The position numbers and the translations under genes are program-made. A DNA stretch of 64,000 nt from Podarcis melisellensis (Eukaryota), in NCBI GenBank assembly GCA_964234715.1, contig OZ174282.1, one strand, 5' to 3'. Position 1 is the first letter of the stretch, and every line of letters starts with the position of its first letter. The notes under the pieces were generated by a model, which was not told the origin of the DNA, did not search any database, and saw only the letters and a program-made list of their open reading frames with translations. Shown here piece by piece: positions 1-11,172 of the stretch.

Positions 1-444
1 TGTGTAAACATTAAGTGAATCATAAGGTGGAAATGAAAGCAAGTTTGCATTGCTAACATGAAATCAATAGGAAGTGTCAGCTCTGGTTTTGAGAGGACTC
101 TGGGCAAGGGGCCCACTGATGATCCCCTCTCCTCCACCAGTAAATCTGAGCAGCATTCCATGGCAGTAGCAGTGCCAGCAGTGGCAGGGTTCTTAGCATC
201 ACCACATGGATGAGTGGCCATCGTTTAAACCTCCCGCCGCATCCTGGAGTGATACTAAATTGGGGGAATTGTGGAGAAATTAAATTTGTGCATGGCAGAA
301 GGAAATTGCTTGAAGGAGGCCCCAGAAAATACATCAGCGGTGAGGCCCTGGGCTCCTGGAAGCTTCCCAAGGATGTAAGGTGCTGGCTCCAGACTTCTCA
401 ATAGGAATTGGCTTGAATAAATGTGTAGGAGGGGTTAATGGGAA

Positions 445-715
445 ATCATAGACTAGGAGAGTTGGAAGGTAATCCAGTCGAGCCCCTGCAATGCAAGAAT
501 CACAGCTAAAGATCTCTGACAGATGGCAATCCAACTTCTGCATTAAAAAAACCCCTCCATTGAGGTTCATCGCCTTTTGAGGTAGTCCGTTCCAATGTCA
601 AACAGCTCTTACCATCAGAAAGTCAGTTTAGTTGGAATCTCCTTTCTTGTTATTTGAATCCATGGGTTCAGGACCAAGTTTGCTCTATCTTCCATGCAAC
701 AGGCCATTAGAAATC
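445..715 (-). mobile_element. CR1 LINE 3' fragment
   Basis: atcatagactaggagagttggaagg...cccctgcaatgcaagaatcacagctaaag...gttccaatgtcaaacagctcttacc is the antisense of a CR1 3' end. Confidence 0.75.
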
Positions 716-1019
716 GGAATATCATAAGTCCTCTTTCAGCTATCTAGAGATGGTGGAGGAATTTGTTTTGTCCACTTTTCTCAGCAGACTAACCCACTCT
801 GACATTCCAGAACTTGCTTGTGGATTGGAAAGCAGCCTTCAATCAGACCACACAATTCTCCAGGGTTTTCAATGCAGTTTTGGAGTACAGAAAATGTGCA
901 CAAAATGCAGGTTGTACAGGGCATGCATGGAAAAATATGGATTTTTTAATTTTGGTTTAGAATGTGAAGCACATTTATACAAAATATGTACAATTTAAAT
1001 GCAAACTTTTTGTTACATC

Positions 1020-1391
1020 CCTTCAAAAAAAATCCACACAAAACAGGATAGGAAAGATCTATGACTGAGCACCAGTGAGATGTTTTGTTCATTCTGTGCA
1101 TCATTCCCCTTCTCCCTGCTTTCCCCCTTGCTGCCACAACTAAGGTATGTGCAAATAATCCTCAACTTCCATAATGCCTTCAAGCTGTCCTTGAAGCTGT
1201 CCTTCCATAATGCCTTCAAACTTCCAAAATGCCTTCAAAAAAAATCCACACAAAACAGGATAGGAAAGATCTATGACTGAGCACCAGTGAGATGTTTTGT
1301 TCATTCTGTGCACCATTCCCCTTCTCCCTGCTTTCCCCCTTGCTGCCACAACTAAGGTATGTGCAAATAATCCTCAACTTCCATAACGCCT
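1020..1391 (+). repeat. Direct duplication of 160 bp (1020-1179 and 1232-1391) with a 52-bp patchwork filler
   Basis: The copies differ at 2 positions. This explains the duplicated ORFs in the track (MAARGKAGRRG..., MFCSFCA...). Confidence 0.95.
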
Positions 1392-2787
1392 CTTGTCCCC
1401 ACAAGAACTACACAGGTGAAAACAGCAGTAAGAATCCCAGCCATTTCCCATTCTTCCCACATTTATTTGCACAACAACAACCTATATACAACACTGTTTC
1501 ACAAGCAGCTTCTTTGACTTTAATTATGCTCATTCAAAAGGTGGCCTGACAATCAACATATTAAGCTGCTCATATTTTGGGCAGTTTTTCTACCACAGTT
1601 TGCTAACTGCAAAGGTTAGGACTCATCCACAATTCTGCTTGTCCCACACCTAGAGAGCATAGGTCTGAGCAGTTTTGCCGTTGCCCCACTGCTTCCCCCC
1701 TGAAAACCCACTCTTTAGTGCTAAATTGGAACTAAAGGCAATTCATGAAAAACCTGATTGCTCTTTGTTCTGATTCAGCTCTAAAGTTCTGGTTTGCCTT
1801 GGGGAAAGTGGAGGGGCAAACAGAGGTCTGGATAAGCCCTAAGTGTCCTCTTCTCATGTGTGAAGAAGTAAAGGAAGTGCCAAGGCCAAGGTTTACCATT
1901 GGTTTGCACATAATGGCAAACCATCATTTGGACCAAGCCTGTGAGTACAACAAAATATAGCATGAGCAAGAGAGAAATATTTTGCCCCTCCCCCCAGAAA
2001 ACAAATCAATTTTACTAAACATCACATTATTAAATGAACAGAATGTGACTATTGATCATTGCCTTTTCAATTGCAATTCAAGCTATTATGCAAATGAGCA
2101 GGTCCACTAAATATTTAGGCGTTCATATTTAACCAAATAGATGTGGATGATAATTAAGCCTGAGGGGATGGTGGTGGATGCTTCTGTTTCAAATAATATA
2201 CATTAAGTCAGCTTGTTTGTTTGTTTTTAAAACATCCCGTCCCCTGAGGAATGCATGCATACTTATGGAGGGGGGCATTGTTAATTCCACTTTGGATGCG
2301 AACTTCCTTATGGCATCCTGTCATTAATAGCTGTCAATGTGAGTAATAGACATTTTGCATGTGCAGCTAATTAGGCACTTTGTAAATGGATTCTGGCTAC
2401 AGCACATGTGCCTCTGCAGTTATGACCCAGGCTTCTGGGTGAAAGGAAACCAATTAATTACAGGGCCGTATGTGTGTGCATTTGTCACATGAGGCAGAGT
2501 GAACAATTTTGAAGTGCATATCAAACTAGCAGAAAGGTTGCAGTCCAGAGTAGAAGTAGTTCTGCTTGTCCTGTGAAGTTGGAGGTGATGGCCACCAACT
2601 TGAATCACTTTAAAGGAGGACAAAGCTGTGAAAGATAAGGCTACCAGTAGTCACTAACCCTCATGGCCATGCTTTGCCTCTACAATTGGATGCAGCAATG
2701 CTAAACTGGCAATTCCCTCATGTAGTGTTTCAATATGTGTTCAATATGCAAGTCCCTCATGTAGTGTTTCAAGACAGGAAAAACACA

Positions 2788-2945
2788 GGAATCTGCCTCA
2801 TACTGAGTCAGACCATTGGTCCATGTAACTCATAGACTGATTGGCAGCAGCTCTCCTGTGTTTCAGATAGGAGTCTCTCCAATCCCAACCTTGAGATTTG
2901 GGGCATTGAACCTGGAACCTTTTGCATGCATACCACTCAACGACA
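2788..2945 (-). mobile_element. tRNA-derived SINE with CR1-like tail (Squam2-like). Further degraded copies at about 18795-19050, 20688-20865, 25265-25450, 33099-33251, 43375-43545, 51569-51710 and 62287-62440
   Basis: Copies share a tRNA-Ala-like head (gtagctcagtg...tttgcatgcag...ggttcaatc) and the tail gagctagatggaccaatggtctgactcagtataaggcagcttcctatgttcc, in both orientations. Confidence 0.7.
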
Positions 2946-3666
2946 CTTTCCCCAGAGATCATTCCCTCTGCTGGAGATAACAATTAAAACTTCAAGACCA
3001 GGGCAAAACTGAACAGTGTCTGAGTCATGTATATGAGCTATATGTATGGCAACTGGAGAATTTGCTGGAAATCTTCTTTCATGTTACATTTGTCTTCACA
3101 TATAGACTGACAGTCTTCTTTCAGTGTTGATAAAGGGCACAGAAGGTGCTGACATAAGGAACAGGGGAAATCAGAAGAAGCTGTGCAGGTTTTACAAATA
3201 CCTTTGGACAAAAGACACAGAGAAGTTCTCCTATTCATGCTTCATTTAGATGGATGAGAGTGCACAAATCAGTGCTGCCACGAGAGACTTGAGAGTACTT
3301 CAAAATTCCTTTGCTCACATTCAGAAGAAAGTGCAAGCCTGGAATAATGTATTGCCCAGAGTTTTCTGAGGTAGCTGCATCCCTGGTGTAGCTTAATTGA
3401 CTTTCATTGGGACAATCTTGGTCTCCATTCATTCCGAATTGACAAATGGACCTTGAGAACAGATATACTCTAAGCTACCCAAAGCAACTCCCAGAATGAA
3501 TGAAAAATAGAAGCCAAAGCTACTTTCAGCCAGAAATTATTCTGTCAGTCGATAACATAGGCCATTTAAAAAAGAAAGAAAGAACCGTTGAAATATATAT
3601 TGGGAGAAAAGTAAAGAAAGGTATTTGTGTGTATGTGTATGCCTGCATTCACATGACAGTTTATTC

Positions 3667-3913
3667 CATGGGTAGGCAAACTAAGGCCTGGGGGCCAGAT
3701 CCGGGCCAATCGCCTTCTAAATCTGGCCCACAGATGGTCCGGGAATCAGTGTGTTTTTACAGGAGTAGAATGTGTGCTTTTATTTAAAATGCATCTCTGG
3801 GTTATTTGTGGGGCATAGGAATTTGTTCATTCCAACCCCCAAATATAGTCTGCCCCCCCAAGGTCTAAGGGACAGCGGACTGGCCCATGGCCGAAAAAGT
3901 TTGCTGACCCCTG
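3667..3913. mobile_element. Non-autonomous hAT DNA transposon (MITE), 247 bp
   Basis: Terminal inverted repeats (TIRs) CATGGGTAGGCAAACT / AGTTTGCTGACCCCTG. Perfect 8-bp TSD GTTTATTC (3659-3666 and 3914-3921), the length typical of hAT. Confidence 0.92.
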
Positions 3914-4514
3914 GTTTATTCAATTTCCCTGATATTTCCCTGTTAATTCCCACATTATAATTGAGCCTTCTCATGATGCAAATGCCACCTTTGGAAAATG
4001 AATAGACTATAACACATTTCTGTGCTATTTGGTTCCAGGAAAAAAATCCACAGTAAAGTGTCTAAACTCGGAGCATCACATCAGCATGCAGGCCTTTCCT
4101 TTTGTTTCCATGGAGGAACAGAAAGATGCATGTGCATAAAGTTTGGGGAGGTGCCATGTTGTCTAGTGGCTACGCACACTGGTGTGAAGGAAACTGTGTG
4201 ACATGCCAGTAGATCGGTGAAAAAGCCAAAGTTCCATAACTGTTCCACTGATACACATAAGTACAACTGTCATACACTTCAGGGGACTTCCACCTGATCA
4301 GGAACTCAGAAGTTGTTTTACTGGGAAATATTTCCGCATTTAATGATCCCCCAACCACTGAAACCCTCCTGCATTTCCCCATGTTGTCCAGGAACACTGT
4401 TTGCAACAGTTGTTATAGTTTAATGGGAATTTTATCCAGTTGGTGCTTTTGTGGGGGAGGTCATTTCAAGTGTAGCCACACTGCTTAAAATCTTGGTTTT
4501 GATTCAACATTTGG

Positions 4515-4630
4515 GGGCTGCATCCAGCTAAATCTGACTCTGAATAGAGCCACTGAAATTAATGGATTTAAGGTTATGGGCCCATTAATTTCAATGGGTC
4601 TGCTCGGAGTAGGACTTAGTTGGCTGCAAT
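4515..4630. mobile_element. Short palindromic MITE-like repeat. Related copies at about 7785-7895, 18878-18990, 37560-37675 and 39590-39775
   Basis: Fold-back core actc(a/t)gagtagacccattgaaattaatgg ... ccattaatttcaatgggtctgctc recurs across the window. Confidence 0.6.
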
Positions 4631-6069
4631 TTTAAGATCACTAATAAAAGAGGGGGTTGGGAAATATGTATGCTGCATCCCAGTGCATATTGCAAAGAAA
4701 ATGTAAAGAGAGGAAGAAGCCCCACATGTAGCTGCAAAATGCGCTAAAATTCAAGGGTCTTATTTCATAGCAGCTGTAATTACAATCTAAAAGGTTATGC
4801 CTCTGTTTCTTTAGTTAATGAGTCTAATTTTCTTTTAAAGGCTATTTTGAGTCTTTCATTCTTTTCTCACTCCTCCTACTCCAGCTGAAGAGAGTAGCCA
4901 CACCTGCAGGCGGATTCAATTAATAGCCGACACTGCATACACTTTACCAGTATAATTTACATTTCTTTTTGCTAATTAATTCATTGACTAACGCTAAATG
5001 TAGTGCCACACTAATCGGCACTGTGTGTTAAGTACTACCTGGTTATAATAGTCAACGTACCTGGAGGCGACATAGGCTTATTCATGTGTATATTGAGGTC
5101 TGGATCCAAAGAGTCTCACAACTGGTTCTGTGCATCAAAAGTGGTTTGGGACTTCTGTTTCTGGGACAACAGGTCCATTTGCCTTCTATCCGACTGTTTT
5201 TTAAATGGAGAGGAATTTTGGTAGGGCAATGGAGGTACCTGCGGTGGAGGACCCTGGGCTCTGAAATTTCAGCGGCCACCTTTACGATGCCAAAAATCAG
5301 CACCCCTTGCCTCTCACGCTCTATTCTAAATCATAGTTGTGATGTCCCCTATAGTATCCACGAGGTTCCACACGCAGTGTGAATGGAACCAGTGCTGGTC
5401 CCCTAAATCCGCTTGAGGTGTCTGCTTTTCTAATGAAGGTCAAAAATCCCTTTGGACACTAGAAATGGTAAGATCATAAGACTATAAGAAAAGCCGCACA
5501 ACTGAATCAAACAAAAGAAAATGCTTCACATCAAAGTTCCATGTCACAGCTTTTGCTTCAAATGGTAGTGAATTCCAGGTGAAAAGGGATATACTCATGT
5601 GAAATAATCCCAGTCAGCCCCAGGAAGATGGGAAACTGGAGACAGAATCTGGCATTGATTTGCATCATTGCCAATTAATGGGATGGTTTTTCTTTTCTTT
5701 TTTGGACAGTATTATTTAAAATGACCATACATCAGCACAAACCTTTTGCTTCCTACTATTTCAATCCTTTCTCTACACCACACACAATTCAGCACAAGCA
5801 ATGTACCATGTTTGGATTTCAATAGAGTGAAACGGCAAATATACTTTATTTGAGGAAGACTCTCTGCAAAGTTTTAAAGGCCTGCTCTTGGAAATACTCA
5901 ATGTTGAATTGACACACTTTTAAACAAACATAACCTTCCCAAGCATATTTTAAAAGTATTTGCTGTGTGCCATGGTGAAACCATCCACAACCTCCCTGCA
6001 GAAACCTCCGCACAGGTCTGAAACACAGAGGGTGCCCATCAACTTCTATTAGATCCAAGATCAGGTTGA

Positions 6070-6225
6070 GAAGAGCCCTGCTGGATCAGGCCAATGGCCC
6101 ATCCAATCCAACATCCTGTTCTCACAGTGGCCAGCCAGATGCCTGTAGGAAACCCACAAGCAGGATGCAAGCGCAAGAACACTCTCTTCTCCTGATTTTC
6201 CAGGAACTGGCGTGATTGAACAAGC
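6070..6225 (-). mobile_element. CR1 3' fragment of a second subfamily. Other copies at about 2560-2700(+), 16700-17240(-), 23305-23490(-), 24780-25195(+), 26375-26540(-), 28270-28560(+), 29720-29915(-), 32060-32140(+), 44230-44405(+), 45775-46010(-), 61695-62070(-) and 63840-64000(+)
   Basis: Recurrent aagagccctgctggatcaggccaatggcccatc...catcctgttctcacagtggcc. Longer copies extend into CR1 ORF2-end sequence (aggacagataagagaaag...ttcttcac). Confidence 0.75.
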
Positions 6226-6263
6226 AATGCTCAACTGTTTTGCATCTTAAAGTAAATGTTTAC

Positions 6264-6404
6264 CTCTTTCCTGGTGAATTCCGGTGCATGGTCATTTTTG
6301 TCATCAACGACAATGGTTGCTGTGGCAGTGCCAGTTAACCCAACATCCATGCCCCCCATGTCTTTTGCTTCTATGATGAGCTCATATTTCGGATTCTCCA
6401 TTGT
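6264..6404 (-). CDS. CDH13: Cadherin-13 (T-cadherin) internal coding exon, equivalent to human exon 8; C-terminal part of an EC repeat plus the Ca2+-binding linker
   Basis: Manual minus-strand translation gives [47 protein letters not shown] (47 codons, phase 0/0). This closely matches recalled human CDH13 [47 protein letters not shown] and contains the cadherin AxDxG and DxNDxxP motifs. Acceptor is ...ttcttttttcatctctgcAG (AG at 6406-6405); donor is GAG|GTaaac (GT at 6263-6262). The ORF track missed it. Confidence 0.96.
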
Positions 6405-6616
6405 CTGCAGAGATGAAAAAAGAATAATACATTACCCAGTGTGCAATACATTGATCTCATTTTAGAAATATCCATTAAGGCATCAGAGGCACCCTTAGGT
6501 AAAACTGATCTGCAGGATGTTTTTCTATTAATAGAAAGAAGGCAACTGGTTTGTTACAAAAGCCAGGAAACCCTGACAAATAGATGTGCTGAGAATTTTA
6601 CCTAACTATCTATGCC

Positions 6617-6835
6617 AGTCTTCACCAACCTAGTAACTTTCAGATATGTTGAAGTGTCCCAACCTGGTGCTTGCCATCCTTGACTATTGGTCACCCTAGC
6701 TGGGGCTGATGGGAGCCATAGCCCAAAACATCTCTTCCAGCCTTCTCCAACCTTGTACCCTCCAGATGTTTTGGACTACAACTCTGACAGACTCTGATGA
6801 GCTATAATCCAAAGCATTTGGAGGGCATCAGTACA
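6617..6835. mobile_element. Two adjacent short MITEs of the ...ccagatgttttggactacaactccc...gggagttgtagtcc... family. Others at about 27672-27720, 32280-32395, 46045-46170 and 62533-62668
   Basis: Internally palindromic units of about 120-130 bp, repeated across the window. Confidence 0.65.
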
Positions 6836-9174
6836 GGGTACCTTTTCTTGGACTAGCAAGCATGACAACTTTTATTTTTGTCTGAAAAGCATGTAAAATG
6901 GTGGAAAATAAGAACAGTATGTTCCTAGCAACTCTGTTTTAATTCCGGGGTTGTTCTGCCTCCTGCCATAACTGTTCCAGTTCACTCATTCTCTTTAATT
7001 GTGTCTTTTGAAGAAAAGTCTCTTGTTCCTTTGCTTCCTCTTATTTCAATCCTACCTCCACACGAGGAGAGGGGCATAGCAACGCCCAGTGTATTTCAAG
7101 TGACCTACTCTATTTCAGGCTCTACCAGGAACGGAGATTAACTGTATGGAAATGGTATTAAAACTTATTAAAGGTGACATTTCCTTGATTTGTGTGGCTG
7201 TCTTGCATGGGCCCATCTGCTGGGAAACCTCAAGGGCCACATCGCTGATGGGGAATGCAGATGGGAAGGAGCAGGTGGTGGTCATCTTCTTTTAAAGTCA
7301 TGAGCTACTTCACTCATGCATTCTCAAAAGCTATTATTCTGCGATTCACAACAGTGATATAGGAGAAAGACTTTAAAAGGACAGGAAGACATTTAGCCTT
7401 TGAAAAAGAGAGACAAATGACTCCACTTTAGAACAAATTTCCAACTGAACACATTTGGGAAAAGGCTGGGAAAGAGTGCTTTAACAATCAATCCTTCTTC
7501 ACAGGGAACTCTGGGAATTGTAGCTCTGGGAGAGGAATAAGGGTTTCCTAACAACTCTCAGCACCCTTGACCAACTACAGCTCCCAGAATTCTTTGGGAG
7601 AAGCTACAGCTGTTGTTTTAAATCTATGGACTGAGTGTGGTCACAGAAAGAATCATTATAAAGTTAATTCACTTCTTTCCCTCTGCTTTTCGGAGACACA
7701 GAGCACTGCGCTATATCCACTGAGCATATGTGTATGTGAACCACTGGGAACTGTGTGTGCTTCCTGTTTAGGAGCTGAGTCTGGTATTCAACTAAGCTTC
7801 CCTGACAGCACACCTATTGAAATGAACAAACATGAGTAAGCTAGATTTTTTTATTTCTATGGGTTTATTCTGAGTAGAATTTAGTTAAGTACCAATCTGA
7901 GTTCTGAAACTGTCTCTTGCTTCATCCAAATGCCATTTTAATTGCACCCACAGCAACTAATTATCAGCTGTGTAGATGCTCTACTCCATTCACTCAAACA
8001 ACAACCTGAGCTTTCATCATTTGCTTGTTTGCCTATTATTCTTATATAGCTTTGTAGTGGGTGAAAATCTTATGGGATGGGATAACGAAACTCTTCCCTT
8101 TATTATTCCAAAAGGTAATGTGGATCCATCGCAGCTTTATCCATATTTGCCGACAATGTGCTTTTTCAGCATCAGTAAGGCATGAGGGGACCAGTCAGCT
8201 AAGAATGGTGATAGTTGACTGCTCTTCAAAAGCAACAGAGATGGAGTTGGACGGGAGAGGGGACCACATGTTGGTAAGAGGAATGCAAGAGGGAAATACA
8301 GAGAGAATGCTGATGAAAAGTTGCATATGACACACACAGGGTGGGGAAGAGGAGAGAGAGACTGAGCAACTTGTTCTTTGGAGAGAAGCTGGTGACAATT
8401 ATTGAGTGGCAATGATGAGCTCCTGTAGAGTCCCACCACGTCCAATAATCAAAAGACGAGCTGACATGATGTAGCATCCTCAGAGATGAGTGACTATCAA
8501 ATTCTAGGACCCAATTATACATTCTTTCTGCAGTCCAAACTCCTATAGCCATCGCACACACCACAAAGCAAGAAAGTGTTCAGAAAACGCTGAATATTCC
8601 AATTAAGGTGGTTTTTATCTCCTCCAACAGATCCATTACAAATCTAACAAGGCTTATAGTGCAATATTACTCATGCTTACTCAGAAGTAAATAGCACTTT
8701 GTCATTGCTTCCTAGTAAGTGTGAATAGGACTGGAGACTTTGCTTGCATTGCTAGACGCTCCCCATTTCCCTGAAAAGTGAAAAGTCCAGGGGCAGCCAT
8801 AAAGGTCTTAAGCTGCGTACACAATAAACACTGAAAGCACAGTGAAAACACAGGACTTCCCCCGAAGGATCCTGGTTGCTGGGCAAGTGTTTATGTCTTT
8901 TCATTGTCATTATTTTAATTACCCCTGGTTTTAAACAGAATTGCTTTTGTCATCACTTTGAGGCTTGATTAATATAAAAAGCAGCTGATGATATGTCATC
9001 TGATAATGTTTTATGTTTAATCCCATCACCGGGGTCTGCCCTTTATGTCATCACTGGGGGCTGCCCCAGGTCTCAGGTTTGGGCCCTGAAATCTCAGGGT
9101 CTAGGATGCTCCAGACTTTGCAACCCTAGTGATATATAAAAGCAACACATATTTATTAGAAGTTGTAGAAGCAG

Positions 9175-9760
9175 CCCTACATTGGTTGCCACTGCCAGTT
9201 CATTTAAGGGCCCAACTCAAAGCGCTCATGTTAGTGTTTAAAGCCATAAGTGACTCAGGCCCCAAATTCCTGAAAGACCACCTCCATCCCTACAGACCCC
9301 TTGGGTATTAGGACTAGTGGAGGGGACCCTATGGTTGTTCCACTGCCCTCATAGCTGGGTGGGATGACCCAGGGGAGGAAATTCTCTGCGGCAGCTCCTA
9401 AGTTGTAGAACTCTCCACCCACAGAGGTGTGTCTGCATACCCCTCAACCATGCCATTTTAAAGGAGACATCCTAGAATTACAGAAGCCATCCCAGCTTCT
9501 GATAGCAACTCCGAATGTCCCATTTTTGGGTCCAGTGCTCCAGCTGGTTCATGCCAGAGTGCTGGACCAAAGACACTCAGGTTTGGGTTTCATACTCTGC
9601 CATGAATCGGCTGGCTCCCATGAGAGCTCACGACCAAAAAATGAATGTCCTGATTTTGATCAGCAGGATGTTGGAGGATATGTTTCTGGCATCTTCATTA
9701 TACAGCTTTTGGCAGATGCTGAAGATGTATTTCTTACCCTGGCTTTTGCCACCTGAGATG
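9175..9760 (+). mobile_element. L2 LINE 3' fragment, interrupted by a DNA transposon
   Basis: Encodes LHWLPLPVHLRAQLKALMLVFKA...LKDHL (L2 ORF2 C-terminal motif). Resumes after 9682 with ctggcatcttca...gctgaagatgtatttctt...ggctttt. Confidence 0.75.
9436..9682. mobile_element. Non-autonomous DNA transposon nested in L2
   Basis: Imperfect TIRs CATACCCCTCAAC / GTTGGAGGATATG. Flanks TGTCTG / TTTCTG look like a 6-bp duplication of L2 sequence. Confidence 0.6.
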
Positions 9761-10036
9761 TAGAATGTGAGGACCCACCTTATTTCCATGATTGCAAGTT
9801 GCTTTAAACTGCTTTTGACATTGTGCTTTAATTATTATAACCAGCCCTGGGACTTTATGGTGAAGGGTGGGATGATAACAATGATGCCCTGCCGAGCAAC
9901 TGATTGTTGGTGTCTGCAAGCCCTACATTCTTTGCCCCATGTGGTTTAAAATCAAGAAAATGAGCAGTTTGCAAAGGGACAGGTGCCTGCAAATGCTGCT
10001 TATGACAATGAGCCATGTCTTGGGATGCCCTATATG

Positions 10037-10658
10037 GCATCAGATGCAAAGCAGGTAAGTTTGGCATGGGGGAAATGACCTCAAGGGCCAAATTTTAACA
10101 CCTGCTGGGCCTGATTAAGTCCATGGGCTTGAGGTACCCCACCAGTGTTTTCAATAATAACTCACATATTGTACTATGCATGAGGTTCTGTCCCCGAAGC
10201 CAATTTACCGTATTTTTCGCTCCATTGGACGCAGTTTTTCCCCTCCAAAAATTGAGGGGAAATGTGTGTGCGTCCTATGGAGTGAATGCAGGCTTGTGCC
10301 AGGGAGAGGCTGCACGGGGCTTTGGCTTCCTTAGCTCCACGCAGCCTCTCCTGGCAGGGAGGGATTGCACGGGGCTAAAGAGGAAGCCAAAGCAGCCAGT
10401 GGGATCCATCCCGCTCGCTGCCTTGGCTTATTCCATAGGCAGGGAGAGGTTGTGCGCAGCCTGTACGCTGCTCTTTGGGGCTGGGGGGGGTAAGATTTTT
10501 TTTATTGATTTCCCCATCTAAAAACTAGGTCGCCCTATGGTCCGGTGCGCCCTATGGTGCGAAAAATATGGTACTTCCTTTGCAACGATTAATTATTCCC
10601 CCCCCCCCTCTGTTCTCTGTCTTTTACGGTCTGTTCCAAATATTGGGAGTTTAGGGCT
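10037..10658 (+). repeat. Left arm of a ~250-bp inverted duplication, interrupted by the MITE at 10208-10571
   Basis: Matches the reverse complement of 12652-12902 on both sides of the MITE. Confidence 0.93.
10208..10571. mobile_element. Tc1/mariner-superfamily (pogo/Tigger-like) MITE, 364 bp
   Basis: TIRs CCGTATTTTTCGCTCCATTGGACGCA / TGCGCCCTATGGTGCGAAAAATATGG. TA TSD at 10206-10207 and 10572-10573; the empty site is visible in the duplicate arm near 12725-12740. Confidence 0.93.
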
Positions 10659-10694
10659 GCTGGTATTCCATATAATATCTGGCTGTATTCAGTG

Positions 10695-10808
10695 TTAATC
10701 TCAGGGTTGTGAGTTTGAGTCCCACATTGGGCAAAAGTTTTAGGCATTGCAGGGGATTGGACTAGATGGTACCTTCAACTCTATAGTTCCAAAATTCTAT
10801 GATTCTAT
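10695..10808 (+). mobile_element. tRNA-Lys-derived SINE with CR1 tail, 5' truncated
   Basis: ttaatctcagggttgtgagtttgagtcccacattgggc (3' half of tRNA-Lys), then gcattgcaggggattggactagatg...attctatgattctat (CR1 octamer tail). Confidence 0.75.
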
Positions 10809-10811
10809 TTT

Positions 10812-11172
10812 CACATGCTGAAACACTGCCACCTTTTGAAATTTGCACTCCACAGAATTTTGGTAATGCAGTTCTCTAGCCAAATACTCTGTACAAAAAT
10901 GCATATATTTGAGTGAAGTGTGGAAATATTAATAAAAACAAACGAAGATGTATAGTGGGGAGTGTATATTATGTGTATATAATAAAACCTGAATACAAAT
11001 TGCATATAGTAGGAGAAATCAACGGTAAAATGCTGGTGAATTTTCAAGAGATTTCCCTCACCCCCATATTTTAAAAAAAACAAATGTGCAAACTGATATC
11101 GAAATGTAGTGAACTAAATGTTTATGACTGGGAAGAATGAGAAACCAAAATTGACCAATTCTGACATCCTTA
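10812..11172. mobile_element. Unclassified AT-rich interspersed repeat, probably an old DNA transposon. Related copies at about 870-1015, 21306-21715, 28580-28710, 43757-44075 and 51330-51540
   Basis: Shared motifs such as aaatgtggagaactgaatttaagat, tctctcagattctcatttttc and a tagggatg/catcc(c)ta terminus. Confidence 0.55.

Larger units (their letters stand above)
1..6263 (-). other. CDH13: CDH13 intron downstream of the exon (human intron 8 equivalent), partial
   Basis: Starts at the GT donor (6263). The next exon (recalled as beginning FQATVEEG...) is not seen in 1-6263. Confidence 0.8.

Noticed and set aside
5062-5440. Minus-strand frame with WFHSHCV and PPPQVPPLPY resembling a PHD/RING finger, gag or hepadnaviral core relic
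   Set aside because: It has four internal stops in about 125 codons, close to random expectation, and no supporting motifs in the other frames.
6256-6465. Plus-strand 69-aa ORF
   Set aside because: It is the antisense shadow of the CDH13 exon.
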